The notes beneath the pieces were generated by a model, which was given only the letters and a program-made list of their open reading frames with translations, had not been told where the DNA came from and made no database searches. Source: Acidobacteriota bacterium (GTDB taxonomy: Bacteria > Acidobacteriota > Polarisedimenticolia > JAPUIV01). Taken from it: 30,434 nucleotides of DNA. Positions 16,932-25,020 of this stretch are shown piece by piece; position 1 is the first letter of the stretch, and each line of letters begins with the position of its first letter. The stretch is from contig JAPUIV010000200.1 of assembly GCA_027296665.1 (NCBI GenBank), forward strand, positions 1 through 30,434, given 5' to 3'. Both the position numbers and the translations under genes were made by a program.

Positions 16932-18965
16932 GTGATGGATCCCGCGCGGCTGAAACCGGGAATCACCCAGGATCGAATCACCGGCGGCAATGAAGCCGAC
17001 CAGGCAAACCCAGCCGTCGACCGGGTCATTCGCGGCCGCGCCCTGATCTTCTGGGATCCCGAACGGCCGGGGGAAAAACAGAACGCCATCGACACCGATC
17101 AGATCACCCCCTCCAATGATTGTGTTTCGGAGAGTCTGGACCACCTGGAGAAAAGATGGAAAGAAGGGGCCTTCCGGTACCTGATGCCCGATTTCAGGAA
17201 ACGGGTTCAGGCGGGGGAGAATTTCCTGATCGCCGGAGACCGTTTCGGTATCGGTTCCTCACGTGAAATGTCGCCCGCCGGGCTCAAGGGAGTGGCGGAG
17301 GAGGCCGGCCTCCAGCTGGTCATCCTTTGCGGCGCGAACCTCGGAGACATCTTTCGAAGAAACGCCCTGAATCTCGGCCTGCACGTCCTCGAGGTTCCAG
17401 AGGCGGTAGCCGACGCCGGGGACGGGGACCACTTTGTCTTCGATCCGGTCACACGAACGGTCCGCAACGAGACCAAGGGAAGGAGCTACGAGCCGGTCGC
17501 CCTGACGGAAAAGGAAGAAGCGATCCGGCGGCATGGAGGAATCTTCCGGATCGGAAGGCGGGAATTTCCTGAATCGATCCGGTTCCGGCCACGGGTGGAG
17601 TTCCCCGATCCCTCCACCGCGCGGGCGATGACCGCCACTGAACAGATCATCTGGGCCCACCGGGTGGATCGAACGGCGGAGGTGCGGCCCGGGAATACAC
17701 TGCGGGTCTGGGCGGACCTCCTGCCGGCATCTGATGGAACCGCTCCCTTCGCCATCCATACCTTCAATCGCATCACCGGGGGGGACACAATCTATCCGCG
17801 GCAGGCGGCCATCGTTTCGGATCATTTCGTTTTCACCGGCAAGGAATCCGACCGCAAGCAGACCTCGATCAGCCGGGAATTCGCCCAACTCAACGACATT
17901 CGGCCGCCCTTCTACGCCCCCCCGGGTGCCGGCATCTTCCATCTGTACCTCCCCGAACAAGGTCTGGTCCTCCCCGGTGCATTCATTCCGGGCGCCGACT
18001 CCCACAGCCGGGCGTACGGCGCCTACGGAGCGGTCGGCATCGGAGTCGGAAGTACTACCCTCGGGTTCGGATGGTCCACCGGCTACGTCTATTTCACCCT
18101 CGCCCCGCAACGGCGTGTCATCTTCACCGGCCAGCTGCAGGCGTGGGTCACGGGAAAAGACATCGTCCTGGAACTGATCCGCCGGTGGGGGCCGGAACAA
18201 TCGGGCCGCATGTCCGTCGAATTCACCGACGCGAACCTGCAACTGCCGATCCATTACCGGAACACCATCGCCAACATGATGGCCGAGGGTGAGGCGCAAA
18301 ACGGCATCTTTCCGCCCGACGAGATCACGCTTCGCTGGTTTCGTGAAAACCGCTTCCCCCTGCCCTATCCCTCTGTCCAGCCGGGCCCCCGGGCCAGATT
18401 CGCCATGGAGGAAACGATCGACCTCTGCGGTATCTCCTCCATGGTCGCCAAACCGTTCAGCCCGGCCAACGCCCATCGGTCCGAACAGGTTGCGGCGGAG
18501 CGGATCGAATTCAACAAGGCGATGATCGGCTCCTGTACCAACGGCAGCTATCCCGATCTCCTGGGGGCCGCCCTGGTCCTCCGCGCGGCCCGGGAACATG
18601 GCCGTGACCGCGTGGTGCCAGGGGTCGATTTCATCATTTTTCCGGGAAGCGGCGCCGTCAAGGAACGGATCGAGAAACCGGAGCCTAGGCTCCAAGGCGA
18701 ATCGATCGCCGGAGTCTTCCGCGGCGCCGGCGGGAAGATCCGGGATTCCTGGTGCGGTCCCTGTTTCGGCCAGGGACCTGACGCCCTCGGGAAGGGAGAA
18801 CGGGCGATCACGAGTTTCAACCGCAACTGGCAGAATCGTATGGGAATCGGCGGCGAGGGTTTTCTTGCCAGCCCTCCGGTCGTGGCCGCCTCCGCCTTGC
18901 TCGGCTACATCGCCCCCCCCTCCGAGCTGGGCCTGGCCTGGGATCCCGACCGGTTCGGGATCTGA
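16932..18965 (+). CDS. Aconitase-family [4Fe-4S] hydro-lyase with an N-terminal swivel (LeuD-like) domain fused ahead of a LeuC-like domain
   Basis: N-terminal IDTDQITP and AGDRFGIGSSRE (swivel); then EQII, SDH, GIFH, GADSHS, GKDIVL, GSCTNG, CGPCFG, NRNWQNRMG, ASPPVVAASAL. Start is GTG 16932 or ATG 16935. Confidence 0.9.
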   Translation: MMDPARLKPGITQDRITGGNEADQANPAVDRVIRGRALIFWDPERPGEKQNAIDTDQITPSNDCVSESLDHLEKRWKEGAFRYLMPDFRKRVQAGENFLIAGDRFGIGSSREMSPAGLKGVAEEAGLQLVILCGANLGDIFRRNALNLGLHVLEVPEAVADAGDGDHFVFDPVTRTVRNETKGRSYEPVALTEKEEAIRRHGGIFRIGRREFPESIRFRPRVEFPDPSTARAMTATEQIIWAHRVDRTAEVRPGNTLRVWADLLPASDGTAPFAIHTFNRITGGDTIYPRQAAIVSDHFVFTGKESDRKQTSISREFAQLNDIRPPFYAPPGAGIFHLYLPEQGLVLPGAFIPGADSHSRAYGAYGAVGIGVGSTTLGFGWSTGYVYFTLAPQRRVIFTGQLQAWVTGKDIVLELIRRWGPEQSGRMSVEFTDANLQLPIHYRNTIANMMAEGEAQNGIFPPDEITLRWFRENRFPLPYPSVQPGPRARFAMEETIDLCGISSMVAKPFSPANAHRSEQVAAERIEFNKAMIGSCTNGSYPDLLGAALVLRAAREHGRDRVVPGVDFIIFPGSGAVKERIEKPEPRLQGESIAGVFRGAGGKIRDSWCGPCFGQGPDALGKGERAITSFNRNWQNRMGIGGEGFLASPPVVAASALLGYIAPPSELGLAWDPDRFGI

Positions 18966-18980
18966 AACATCGCGGAGAGA

Positions 18981-19481
18981 ATGGCGTTGACGAATGGCAA
19001 ACAGAAGATTCTTCTCGCCTTGCGGGTGAACGGCGAGGTGCGGGAATTCGCGTGTTATCCCAACCGGACTCTTCTCGAAGTTCTCCGCGAAGATCTCGGA
19101 CTCACCGGAACCAAGCATGGGTGCGAGTTGGGTGAGTGCGGGACCTGCACCATCCTGATCGACAACCAGCCGATCCTCTCCTGCCTCATCCTGGCTCTCG
19201 AATGCGAGGGGCGGGAGATCGTGACCGTGGAAGGTCTGTCGCCAGGCCCCGGCCTGCATCCCCTGCAGGAGGCGTTCGGCGAACTGGGCGCCGCCCAGTG
19301 CGGTTACTGCACCCCGGGAATCCTGTGCACCGCGAAGGCGCTCCTGGATCGGAACCGCCGGCCGTCCCGCGCGGAGATCCGGGCGGCCCTGGCCGGCAAC
19401 CTCTGCCGGTGCACCGGGTATATCAAGATATTCGAGGCGGTGGAACTGGCGGCCGAACGCATGGAGAGGCCCTCGGAATGA
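18981..19481 (+). CDS. Xanthine dehydrogenase-family small subunit, 2x[2Fe-2S] (HcrC/CoxS-like)
   Basis: GTKHGCELGECGTCT...SCL and QCGYCTPG...NLCRCTGY. Confidence 0.95.
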   Translation: MALTNGKQKILLALRVNGEVREFACYPNRTLLEVLREDLGLTGTKHGCELGECGTCTILIDNQPILSCLILALECEGREIVTVEGLSPGPGLHPLQEAFGELGAAQCGYCTPGILCTAKALLDRNRRPSRAEIRAALAGNLCRCTGYIKIFEAVELAAERMERPSE

Positions 19482-21847
19482 GCCAAAAACCGTACCGCAT
19501 CGTCGGGCATTCCCTTGCCAAGGTTGACGGTCCGGCGAAATGCACCGGCCAAACCAAATTCGCCGACGATCTCTTCCTGCCGGGTATGGTGCACGCCAAG
19601 CTGCACCGGGCCCCCCTTCCCCACGCCCGGATCGTCCGGGTCGATACCTCGGAAGCGGAAAAGATGCCCGGAGTGGTTGCCGTCCTCACGGGGAAGGAGC
19701 TTCCCATACCTTTCGGCATCCTTCCGGTCAGCCAGGACGAACATGCCCTGTGCCTTGACAGGATCCGCTTTGTCGGCGATCCGGTGGCCGCCGTTGCCGC
19801 CCTGGAGGAGGATATCGCCTTCGCGGCGATGAACCGGATCCGGGTGGAATACGAGCCATTGAAGGCGGTGATGTCGATCCAGGCGGCCCTGGACAATCCG
19901 GAACCACGAATTCATGACTACGGCGAGGAAGGGAACATCCACAAGAAGGTGGCGTTGGAGTTCGGGGACGTCCGGCACGGCTTTGCCGGGGCCGACGAGA
20001 TCTTCGTCGATACCTTTTATTACGAGGGAAGCACCCACCTGGCCCTGGAGCAGCACGCCGTTGTCGCGGCCCCCGAACCGGACGGGCGGCTCACGGTCTG
20101 GTCCAGCACCCAGACCCCGCATTACGTGCACCGGGCCCTGGCCAAGGTCCTCGAACTTCCCCCGGCCTACATCCGTGTCATTGCCACTCCCGTTGGCGGC
20201 GGATTCGGCGGCAAGAGCGATCCCTTCCAGCACGAGATCGTCGCCGCCAAGCTGGCCCTGAAGATCGGCCGGCCCGTGAAGATCTGCCTCACCCGGGAAG
20301 AGGTCTTCTATTGCCACAGGGGCCGGCACCCGGTTCTCATGTCGGTGAAAACGGGGGTGAAGAAAGATGGCAGTATCACCGCCATGCATTTCCGCTCGGT
20401 TCTCGACGGCGGGGGATATGGCAGCTACGGCGTGGCCAGCACCTATTACACCGGCGCCCTGCAGACTGTCACCTACCGCATTCCCCATTACAAATTCGAT
20501 GGAGTCCGGGTGTTCACGAACAAACCGCCCTGTGGACCGAAACGGGGCCATGGGACTCCGCAGCCGCGATTCGCCCTCGAGGTGCATCTCGATAAGATCG
20601 CCGGCCATCTTGGGCTCGATCCGGCCGAGATGAGAAGATCCCAACTGGTTCCACCCAATTCGATCACGGCGAATCATCTCCGCATCGGCAGCATGGGGCT
20701 GGGCACCTGCATAGACAAGGTGGTGGGCGGATCGGGCTGGAAAAAGAAGTTTCGCCGTCTCCCCCGCGGCCGGGGGGTCGGGATCGCATGCAGTTCCTAC
20801 ATCAGCGGCGCCGGCCTGCCGATCTACTGGAACCGGATGCCGCACACGGGGGTTCAGATCAAGCTCGACCGGGGGGGCGGAATCTGCGTGTTCTGCGGCC
20901 AGATCGACATCGGCCAGGGCTCCGACTCCGTTCTCGCTCAGATGGTGGCGGAGATCCTCGGAGTCGACCCGCTCACCATCCGGCTGGTCACGGGGGACAC
21001 CGATCTCACTCCCGTCGACCTGGGGAGCTATTCCAGCCGGGTGACCCTGATGATGGGGAATGCGGCCATCCAGGCGGCCGAACGGGCCCGGGATCTTGTC
21101 GCCAGGGCGGTTGCCAAACAGTGGAAACTCTCCCCTTCCCGGATCGTCTTCGCCGCCGGCCGGGTGTTTGACACCGAGAATCCGGACCAGGGAATGAGTT
21201 TCGCCGAATCGGTGCAGGCGGCCGAGGCGGAATTCGGCACGATCGGCACGGTCGGCTCGTATACCCCTCCTCCCTCTCCAGGAAAATACCGGGGAGCGGG
21301 TGTGGGTCCTTCCCCCGCCTACAGCTACTCGGCCGCCATCGCGCAGGTCGAGGTCGATCCGGACACCGGGTGGACCCAGGTGGAAAGGATCTGGATCGCC
21401 CATGATTGCGGCAAGTGCATCAATCCGATGCTGGTGACCGGGCAGGTGGAGGGATCGGTGTACATGGGACTCGGTGAGGCCTTGATGGAGGAACAGGTGT
21501 TCCGGGCCAACCGGAACGGTGTGCACAAGATCCCCTCCATGCTGGATTATAAAAGTCCCACCACCGAGGATATGTGCGAGGTGACCACCTACCTGATCGA
21601 GGATCCCGATCCCAACGGCCCATTCGGGGCCAAGGAGGCCGGCCAGGGTCCGCTGTTACCGATAGCCCCAGCCATCGCCAACGCCGTCTTCGATGCGGTG
21701 GGGGTCAGGATCGACGAGATCCCGATCACACCGGAGAAGATCCTCAGGGCGTTGCGGAGCCCCGATCGCCGCTGCGGCCCTGCCAGTTATCCCCGGATAC
21801 CGATGCCCGAACCGATCCGGGTCCCGCTCCCCGGCACTGAGGCCTGA
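19478..21847 (+). CDS. Xanthine dehydrogenase-family molybdopterin-binding large subunit (4-hydroxybenzoyl-CoA reductase alpha-like)
   Basis: VGGGFGGK, PCGPKRGHGTPQ (the RGHG form is as in HcrA), DIGQG, SYSSR, AHDCG, GQVEG, GPFGAKEAGQG. Start ATG 19478 overlaps the upstream stop. Confidence 0.92.
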   Translation: MSQKPYRIVGHSLAKVDGPAKCTGQTKFADDLFLPGMVHAKLHRAPLPHARIVRVDTSEAEKMPGVVAVLTGKELPIPFGILPVSQDEHALCLDRIRFVGDPVAAVAALEEDIAFAAMNRIRVEYEPLKAVMSIQAALDNPEPRIHDYGEEGNIHKKVALEFGDVRHGFAGADEIFVDTFYYEGSTHLALEQHAVVAAPEPDGRLTVWSSTQTPHYVHRALAKVLELPPAYIRVIATPVGGGFGGKSDPFQHEIVAAKLALKIGRPVKICLTREEVFYCHRGRHPVLMSVKTGVKKDGSITAMHFRSVLDGGGYGSYGVASTYYTGALQTVTYRIPHYKFDGVRVFTNKPPCGPKRGHGTPQPRFALEVHLDKIAGHLGLDPAEMRRSQLVPPNSITANHLRIGSMGLGTCIDKVVGGSGWKKKFRRLPRGRGVGIACSSYISGAGLPIYWNRMPHTGVQIKLDRGGGICVFCGQIDIGQGSDSVLAQMVAEILGVDPLTIRLVTGDTDLTPVDLGSYSSRVTLMMGNAAIQAAERARDLVARAVAKQWKLSPSRIVFAAGRVFDTENPDQGMSFAESVQAAEAEFGTIGTVGSYTPPPSPGKYRGAGVGPSPAYSYSAAIAQVEVDPDTGWTQVERIWIAHDCGKCINPMLVTGQVEGSVYMGLGEALMEEQVFRANRNGVHKIPSMLDYKSPTTEDMCEVTTYLIEDPDPNGPFGAKEAGQGPLLPIAPAIANAVFDAVGVRIDEIPITPEKILRALRSPDRRCGPASYPRIPMPEPIRVPLPGTEA

Positions 21848-21848
21848 G

Positions 21849-22832
21849 ATGATGCGCTTGCCGAAGTTCGTCTATCACGCCCCCACATCGGTTGACGAGG
21901 CAGGCCGGATCCTGGCGGGAGAAGGAACCGCCGCGCGCGTGGTTGCCGGTGGAACCGATCTCTACCCCAACATGAAACGGGGACACCAGCTCCCCCCCGT
22001 CCTCGTCTCCCTCCGCCGCATCCCGAAAATTACCGGGATCTCCGGAACCCCCGAAACCGGTCTCCGGATTGGAGCCTGCACCAGCCTCACCCAACTCGGT
22101 TCCCATCCCGCGGTGAAATCCGGGTACGCCGCCCTGGCGTCCGCCGTCCTCTCCATCTCCACTCCGATACTCAGGAACATGGGGACGATCGGCGGCAATC
22201 TATGTCTCGACACGCGCTGTAATTACTACAACCAGAACTATGAATGGCGCAGGGCGATCCATTTCTGCATGAAATGCGATGGTTCGATCTGCTGGGTGGC
22301 GCCTTCCAGCAAGACCTGCCTCGCGATCAACTCCAGCGACACCGCGCCCCTGCTGGCCGCCCTGGGGGGACGCGCCCGCCTGATCTCTACCCGGGGAGAA
22401 CGAGAACTGGCGATCAAGGATCTGTACAACCTGGACGGGATCGATTATCTGAACAAGCGCCCGGATGAGATCTTGACCGAGATCCTCCTGCCCCCGGCGG
22501 GCGGGTGGATCGCCTCCTACCGCAAGCTGCGCCGCAGGGGATCGTTCGACTTCCCCGTCCTGGGGGTGGCTGCCGTGTTGTGGAAGGAACCGGACGGGCG
22601 GATCCGGGACGCCAAGATCTATCTGAACGCCGTGGCCTCGGCCCCCCTGGAGGCGAAGGAGGCGGAAACCTGCCTGGTGGGCCGAAAGCTGGACACCGAG
22701 ACCATACGGGAGGCGGCCCGGCTTGCCGCTGAAATGGCGAAACCGGTGGACAACGCCGACTTCGGCATAGCCTGGAGAAAACGAATGGCCCGGGTCTTCA
22801 CCGAACGTGCCCTGAACGATCTCAAGGAATGA
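21849..22832 (+). CDS. Xanthine dehydrogenase-family FAD subunit with extra [4Fe-4S] insert (HcrB/PaoB-like)
   Basis: VAGGTDLYPNMK, LRNMGTIGGNLC, insert DTRC-x15-C-x7-C-x8-C, SDTAP, KLRRRGSFDFP. Confidence 0.92.
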   Translation: MMRLPKFVYHAPTSVDEAGRILAGEGTAARVVAGGTDLYPNMKRGHQLPPVLVSLRRIPKITGISGTPETGLRIGACTSLTQLGSHPAVKSGYAALASAVLSISTPILRNMGTIGGNLCLDTRCNYYNQNYEWRRAIHFCMKCDGSICWVAPSSKTCLAINSSDTAPLLAALGGRARLISTRGERELAIKDLYNLDGIDYLNKRPDEILTEILLPPAGGWIASYRKLRRRGSFDFPVLGVAAVLWKEPDGRIRDAKIYLNAVASAPLEAKEAETCLVGRKLDTETIREAARLAAEMAKPVDNADFGIAWRKRMARVFTERALNDLKE

Positions 22833-23434
22833 AGACTACTCCCTTGATCCTGGCGGCGGGAGAATCGAGCCGGATGGGCACTCCCAAGGCCCTTCTCGAC
22901 TTCGACGGCACCTCCTGCCTGGAACTGATCCTGAGGAGTTGCGCCCGATCGAAGGCCGCTTCCCCTCTCGTGGTTCTCGGTTTCGCGGCGGCGGAGGTCC
23001 GGTCGATTCTTCCTGCCGATATCCGTTCCGTGGAAAACCCAGATTTCCTCCTGGGTCAGACCTCTTCCCTGCAGTTGGGCCTGCGGCGCCTGCCTGCCGA
23101 CTCCGGCAATTTTCTTCTCTTTCCCATCGATTTCCCCCTGGTCCGGAGGGAGACGATCGATATTCTGTTGGCCACCCCGGGAGAGATCGTCATCCCCACA
23201 CATGGCGGGAAACGGGGCCACCCCGCCAGATTCGGGGGTTCCCTGGTTGCAGAGTTCCTCCGCCTGCGGCCGGACGAACCGGCCCACCAAGTGGTGCGGA
23301 GGGACCCTTCGCGGGTGGTGGAGATCCCCGTGGAAGACTCCGAAGTTGTTCAAAGGATGAACCGGCCGGAGGAATACCGGGCATGCCTGGAACGGTTCCG
23401 GAGCCTGCGCCCGGACCCGCCGGGGAAAGACTGA
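22829..23434 (+). CDS. MobA/MocA-like nucleotidyltransferase (probable molybdenum cofactor cytidylyltransferase)
   Basis: ILAAGESSRMGTPKALL, FPIDFP, GKRGHP. ATGA overlap with the FAD subunit; XDH-family bacterial enzymes typically use MCD. Confidence 0.85.
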   Translation: MKTTPLILAAGESSRMGTPKALLDFDGTSCLELILRSCARSKAASPLVVLGFAAAEVRSILPADIRSVENPDFLLGQTSSLQLGLRRLPADSGNFLLFPIDFPLVRRETIDILLATPGEIVIPTHGGKRGHPARFGGSLVAEFLRLRPDEPAHQVVRRDPSRVVEIPVEDSEVVQRMNRPEEYRACLERFRSLRPDPPGKD

Positions 23435-23436
23435 CC

Positions 23437-24126
23437 ATGTGCGGCAGGTTCACTCTCAGTTCTCCCCCCTCGGTCCTGGCCCGCCTGTTCCTCCTCGATG
23501 AGACACCCAAGCTGTCGCCGCGATTCAACATCGCGCCCACACAGGCGGTGGCGGTCATCCGATGGTCCGAGGAGACCCGGAGCCGGCGCCTCGCAATGCA
23601 CCAATGGGGGTTGATCCCCTCCTGGGCGAAAGACCCCGCCGTCGGAGCGAAGATGATCAATGCCCGATCGGAGACAGTCGCCGAACGGCCCGCGTTTCGT
23701 TCCGCCTTCCGCCGGCGGCGCTGTCTGGTCCCCGCCGACGGTTTCTATGAATGGGTGCGCGCCGGGAACCGAAAGCAGCCTTACCATATCCGGATGCGGG
23801 ACGGCCGGCCCTTCGCATTTGCCGGAATCTGGGAACGCTGGAAGGGGGCCGGAGATTCCACCCTCCACACCTGCGCTCTTCTCACCACCGTCCCCAACGA
23901 ACTCCTCAAACCCTTGCACCACAGGATGCCGGTGATCCTCCCGGAACAGGTCCACGCGCAATGGCTGGATCCGGCGAACCAGGATGGGGCGGCGCTCCGG
24001 AATCTCCTCCAGCCCTACCCGGCTGCCGGCATGATTGCCTATCCGGTCGATCGCCGGGTGAACAACCCCGGGATTGACGGCAAGGAAAATATCGATCCGC
24101 TGGATCAGACCGACCCGGCCCCGTGA
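23437..24126 (+). CDS. SOS response-associated peptidase domain (SRAP/YedK/HMCES) abasic-site-protecting protein
   Basis: N-terminal MCGRF (catalytic Cys2), PRFNIAPTQ, WGLIPSW, INARSET, RRCLVPADGFYEW, HHRMPVIL. Confidence 0.95.
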   Translation: MCGRFTLSSPPSVLARLFLLDETPKLSPRFNIAPTQAVAVIRWSEETRSRRLAMHQWGLIPSWAKDPAVGAKMINARSETVAERPAFRSAFRRRRCLVPADGFYEWVRAGNRKQPYHIRMRDGRPFAFAGIWERWKGAGDSTLHTCALLTTVPNELLKPLHHRMPVILPEQVHAQWLDPANQDGAALRNLLQPYPAAGMIAYPVDRRVNNPGIDGKENIDPLDQTDPAP

Positions 24127-24133
24127 AAGCCTG

Positions 24134-24162
24134 TTGACAGGCATGCCTCCACTTATTAATAT
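24134..24162 (+). promoter_or_regulatory. Sigma70-type promoter upstream of the rhodanese gene
   Basis: Perfect TTGACA (24134-24139), 17-bp spacer, TAATAT (24157-24162). The -35 lies inside the inverted repeat GCCTGT-TG-ACAGGC. Confidence 0.55.
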
Positions 24163-24172
24163 CCGTCTCGCC

Positions 24173-24541
24173 ATGAAACATGGAGACCGTTTCTTGCGGC
24201 TGGTCGAGTCGGCCAGGAAATCGATCCGGGAGTGCTCCGTGGTCGATGTGAAGGCCCGGTTCGACCGGAAGGATCTGTTCCATTTCCTCGATGTGCGGGA
24301 GGAAAGCGAATTCAGCCGTGGACACGCCGCCGGCGCGCGCCATCTCGGCAGGGGAATCCTGGAACGGGACATCGAACAGATGATACCCGACAAGGAAGCC
24401 GAGATCATTCTGTACTGCGGCGGCGGGTTTCGATCGGCCCTGGCGGCCCAGAGCCTCGGAAAAATGGGGTACCGGCGCGTGCTCTCCATGGCGGGGGGAA
24501 TCCGGGCCTGGCGGGAAGCGGGCTTGCCTCTGGAGAAATGA
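24173..24541 (+). CDS. Single-domain rhodanese-like sulfurtransferase
   Basis: LDVREESEF..GH..GA.HL, active-site loop LYCGGGFRSALAA, SMAGGIRAW. Start placed at MKHGDRF; the ORF-track start at 24074 overlaps SRAP. Confidence 0.92.
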   Translation: MKHGDRFLRLVESARKSIRECSVVDVKARFDRKDLFHFLDVREESEFSRGHAAGARHLGRGILERDIEQMIPDKEAEIILYCGGGFRSALAAQSLGKMGYRRVLSMAGGIRAWREAGLPLEK

Positions 24542-24556
24542 AAGGGGAATACCCCC

Positions 24557-24586
24557 TTGTCACACCCCCTCGCCTTCGGGTATGCT
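24557..24586 (+). promoter_or_regulatory. Candidate sigma70 promoter for the ferredoxin
   Basis: TTGTCA (24557-24562), 18-bp spacer, TATGCT (24581-24586). Confidence 0.4.
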
Positions 24587-24672
24587 ACCCAACCGGCAAC
24601 AATGAAAGGGAACCAGCCGTGCCCGGGAGGACGGCGACCTTCTCCATTATTAACTTTGTGAGGTGAAAAAGA

Positions 24673-25020
24673 ATGACCTACATTGTTACCAGGCTCTGTC
24701 GTGAGAAAACAGATACTTCCTGCGTGACCGTCTGTCCCGTGGACTGTTTTTACGTTCCCAAGGAAGTGAGCGACAAGCTTCCCAACCAGTTGTACATATC
24801 GGCGGCCGAGTGTATCGATTGCGGCGCATGCGAACCTGAATGTCCCTGGGAGGCCATCTTCGAGGGGGATGCCGTCCCCGATCTCTTCAAGGAAGAGGAC
24901 TATCCCTTGAATCTCCTGAGCGATGACGACCGGGACAGTTTTGAAACCGCTACCAACTCGGAAAAACCCCGGCCCAGCACCGATGAGATCGCCGCAAACA
25001 AGAAAACCTGGGGCATGTAG
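24673..25020 (+). CDS. fdxA: Dicluster (7Fe-type, [3Fe-4S]+[4Fe-4S]) ferredoxin, FdxA-like
   Basis: C-x7-CVTVCPVDC and [13 protein letters not shown], as in Azotobacter FdI-type ferredoxins; acidic tail; SD GAGGTG. Confidence 0.88.
   Translation: MTYIVTRLCREKTDTSCVTVCPVDCFYVPKEVSDKLPNQLYISAAECIDCGACEPECPWEAIFEGDAVPDLFKEEDYPLNLLSDDDRDSFETATNSEKPRPSTDEIAANKKTWGM

Noticed and set aside
17259-21526. 666-aa and 740-aa minus-strand ORFs opposite the aconitase and Mo subunit
   Set aside because: Antisense shadows of well-supported genes with no recognisable domains.
18981-22832. Firm annotation as hcrCAB (anaerobic phenol/4-hydroxybenzoate pathway) or as CO dehydrogenase
   Set aside because: The catalytic Glu is replaced, there is no CoA ligase or benzoyl-CoA reductase context, and the CoxL AYxCSFR loop is absent. 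Kept as Hcr-like only.
24542-24558. Hairpin AAGGGG-AATAC-CCCCTT after the rhodanese gene as an intrinsic terminator
   Set aside because: Six-bp stem without a convincing U-tract; it overlaps the next -35 box. Too weak to call.
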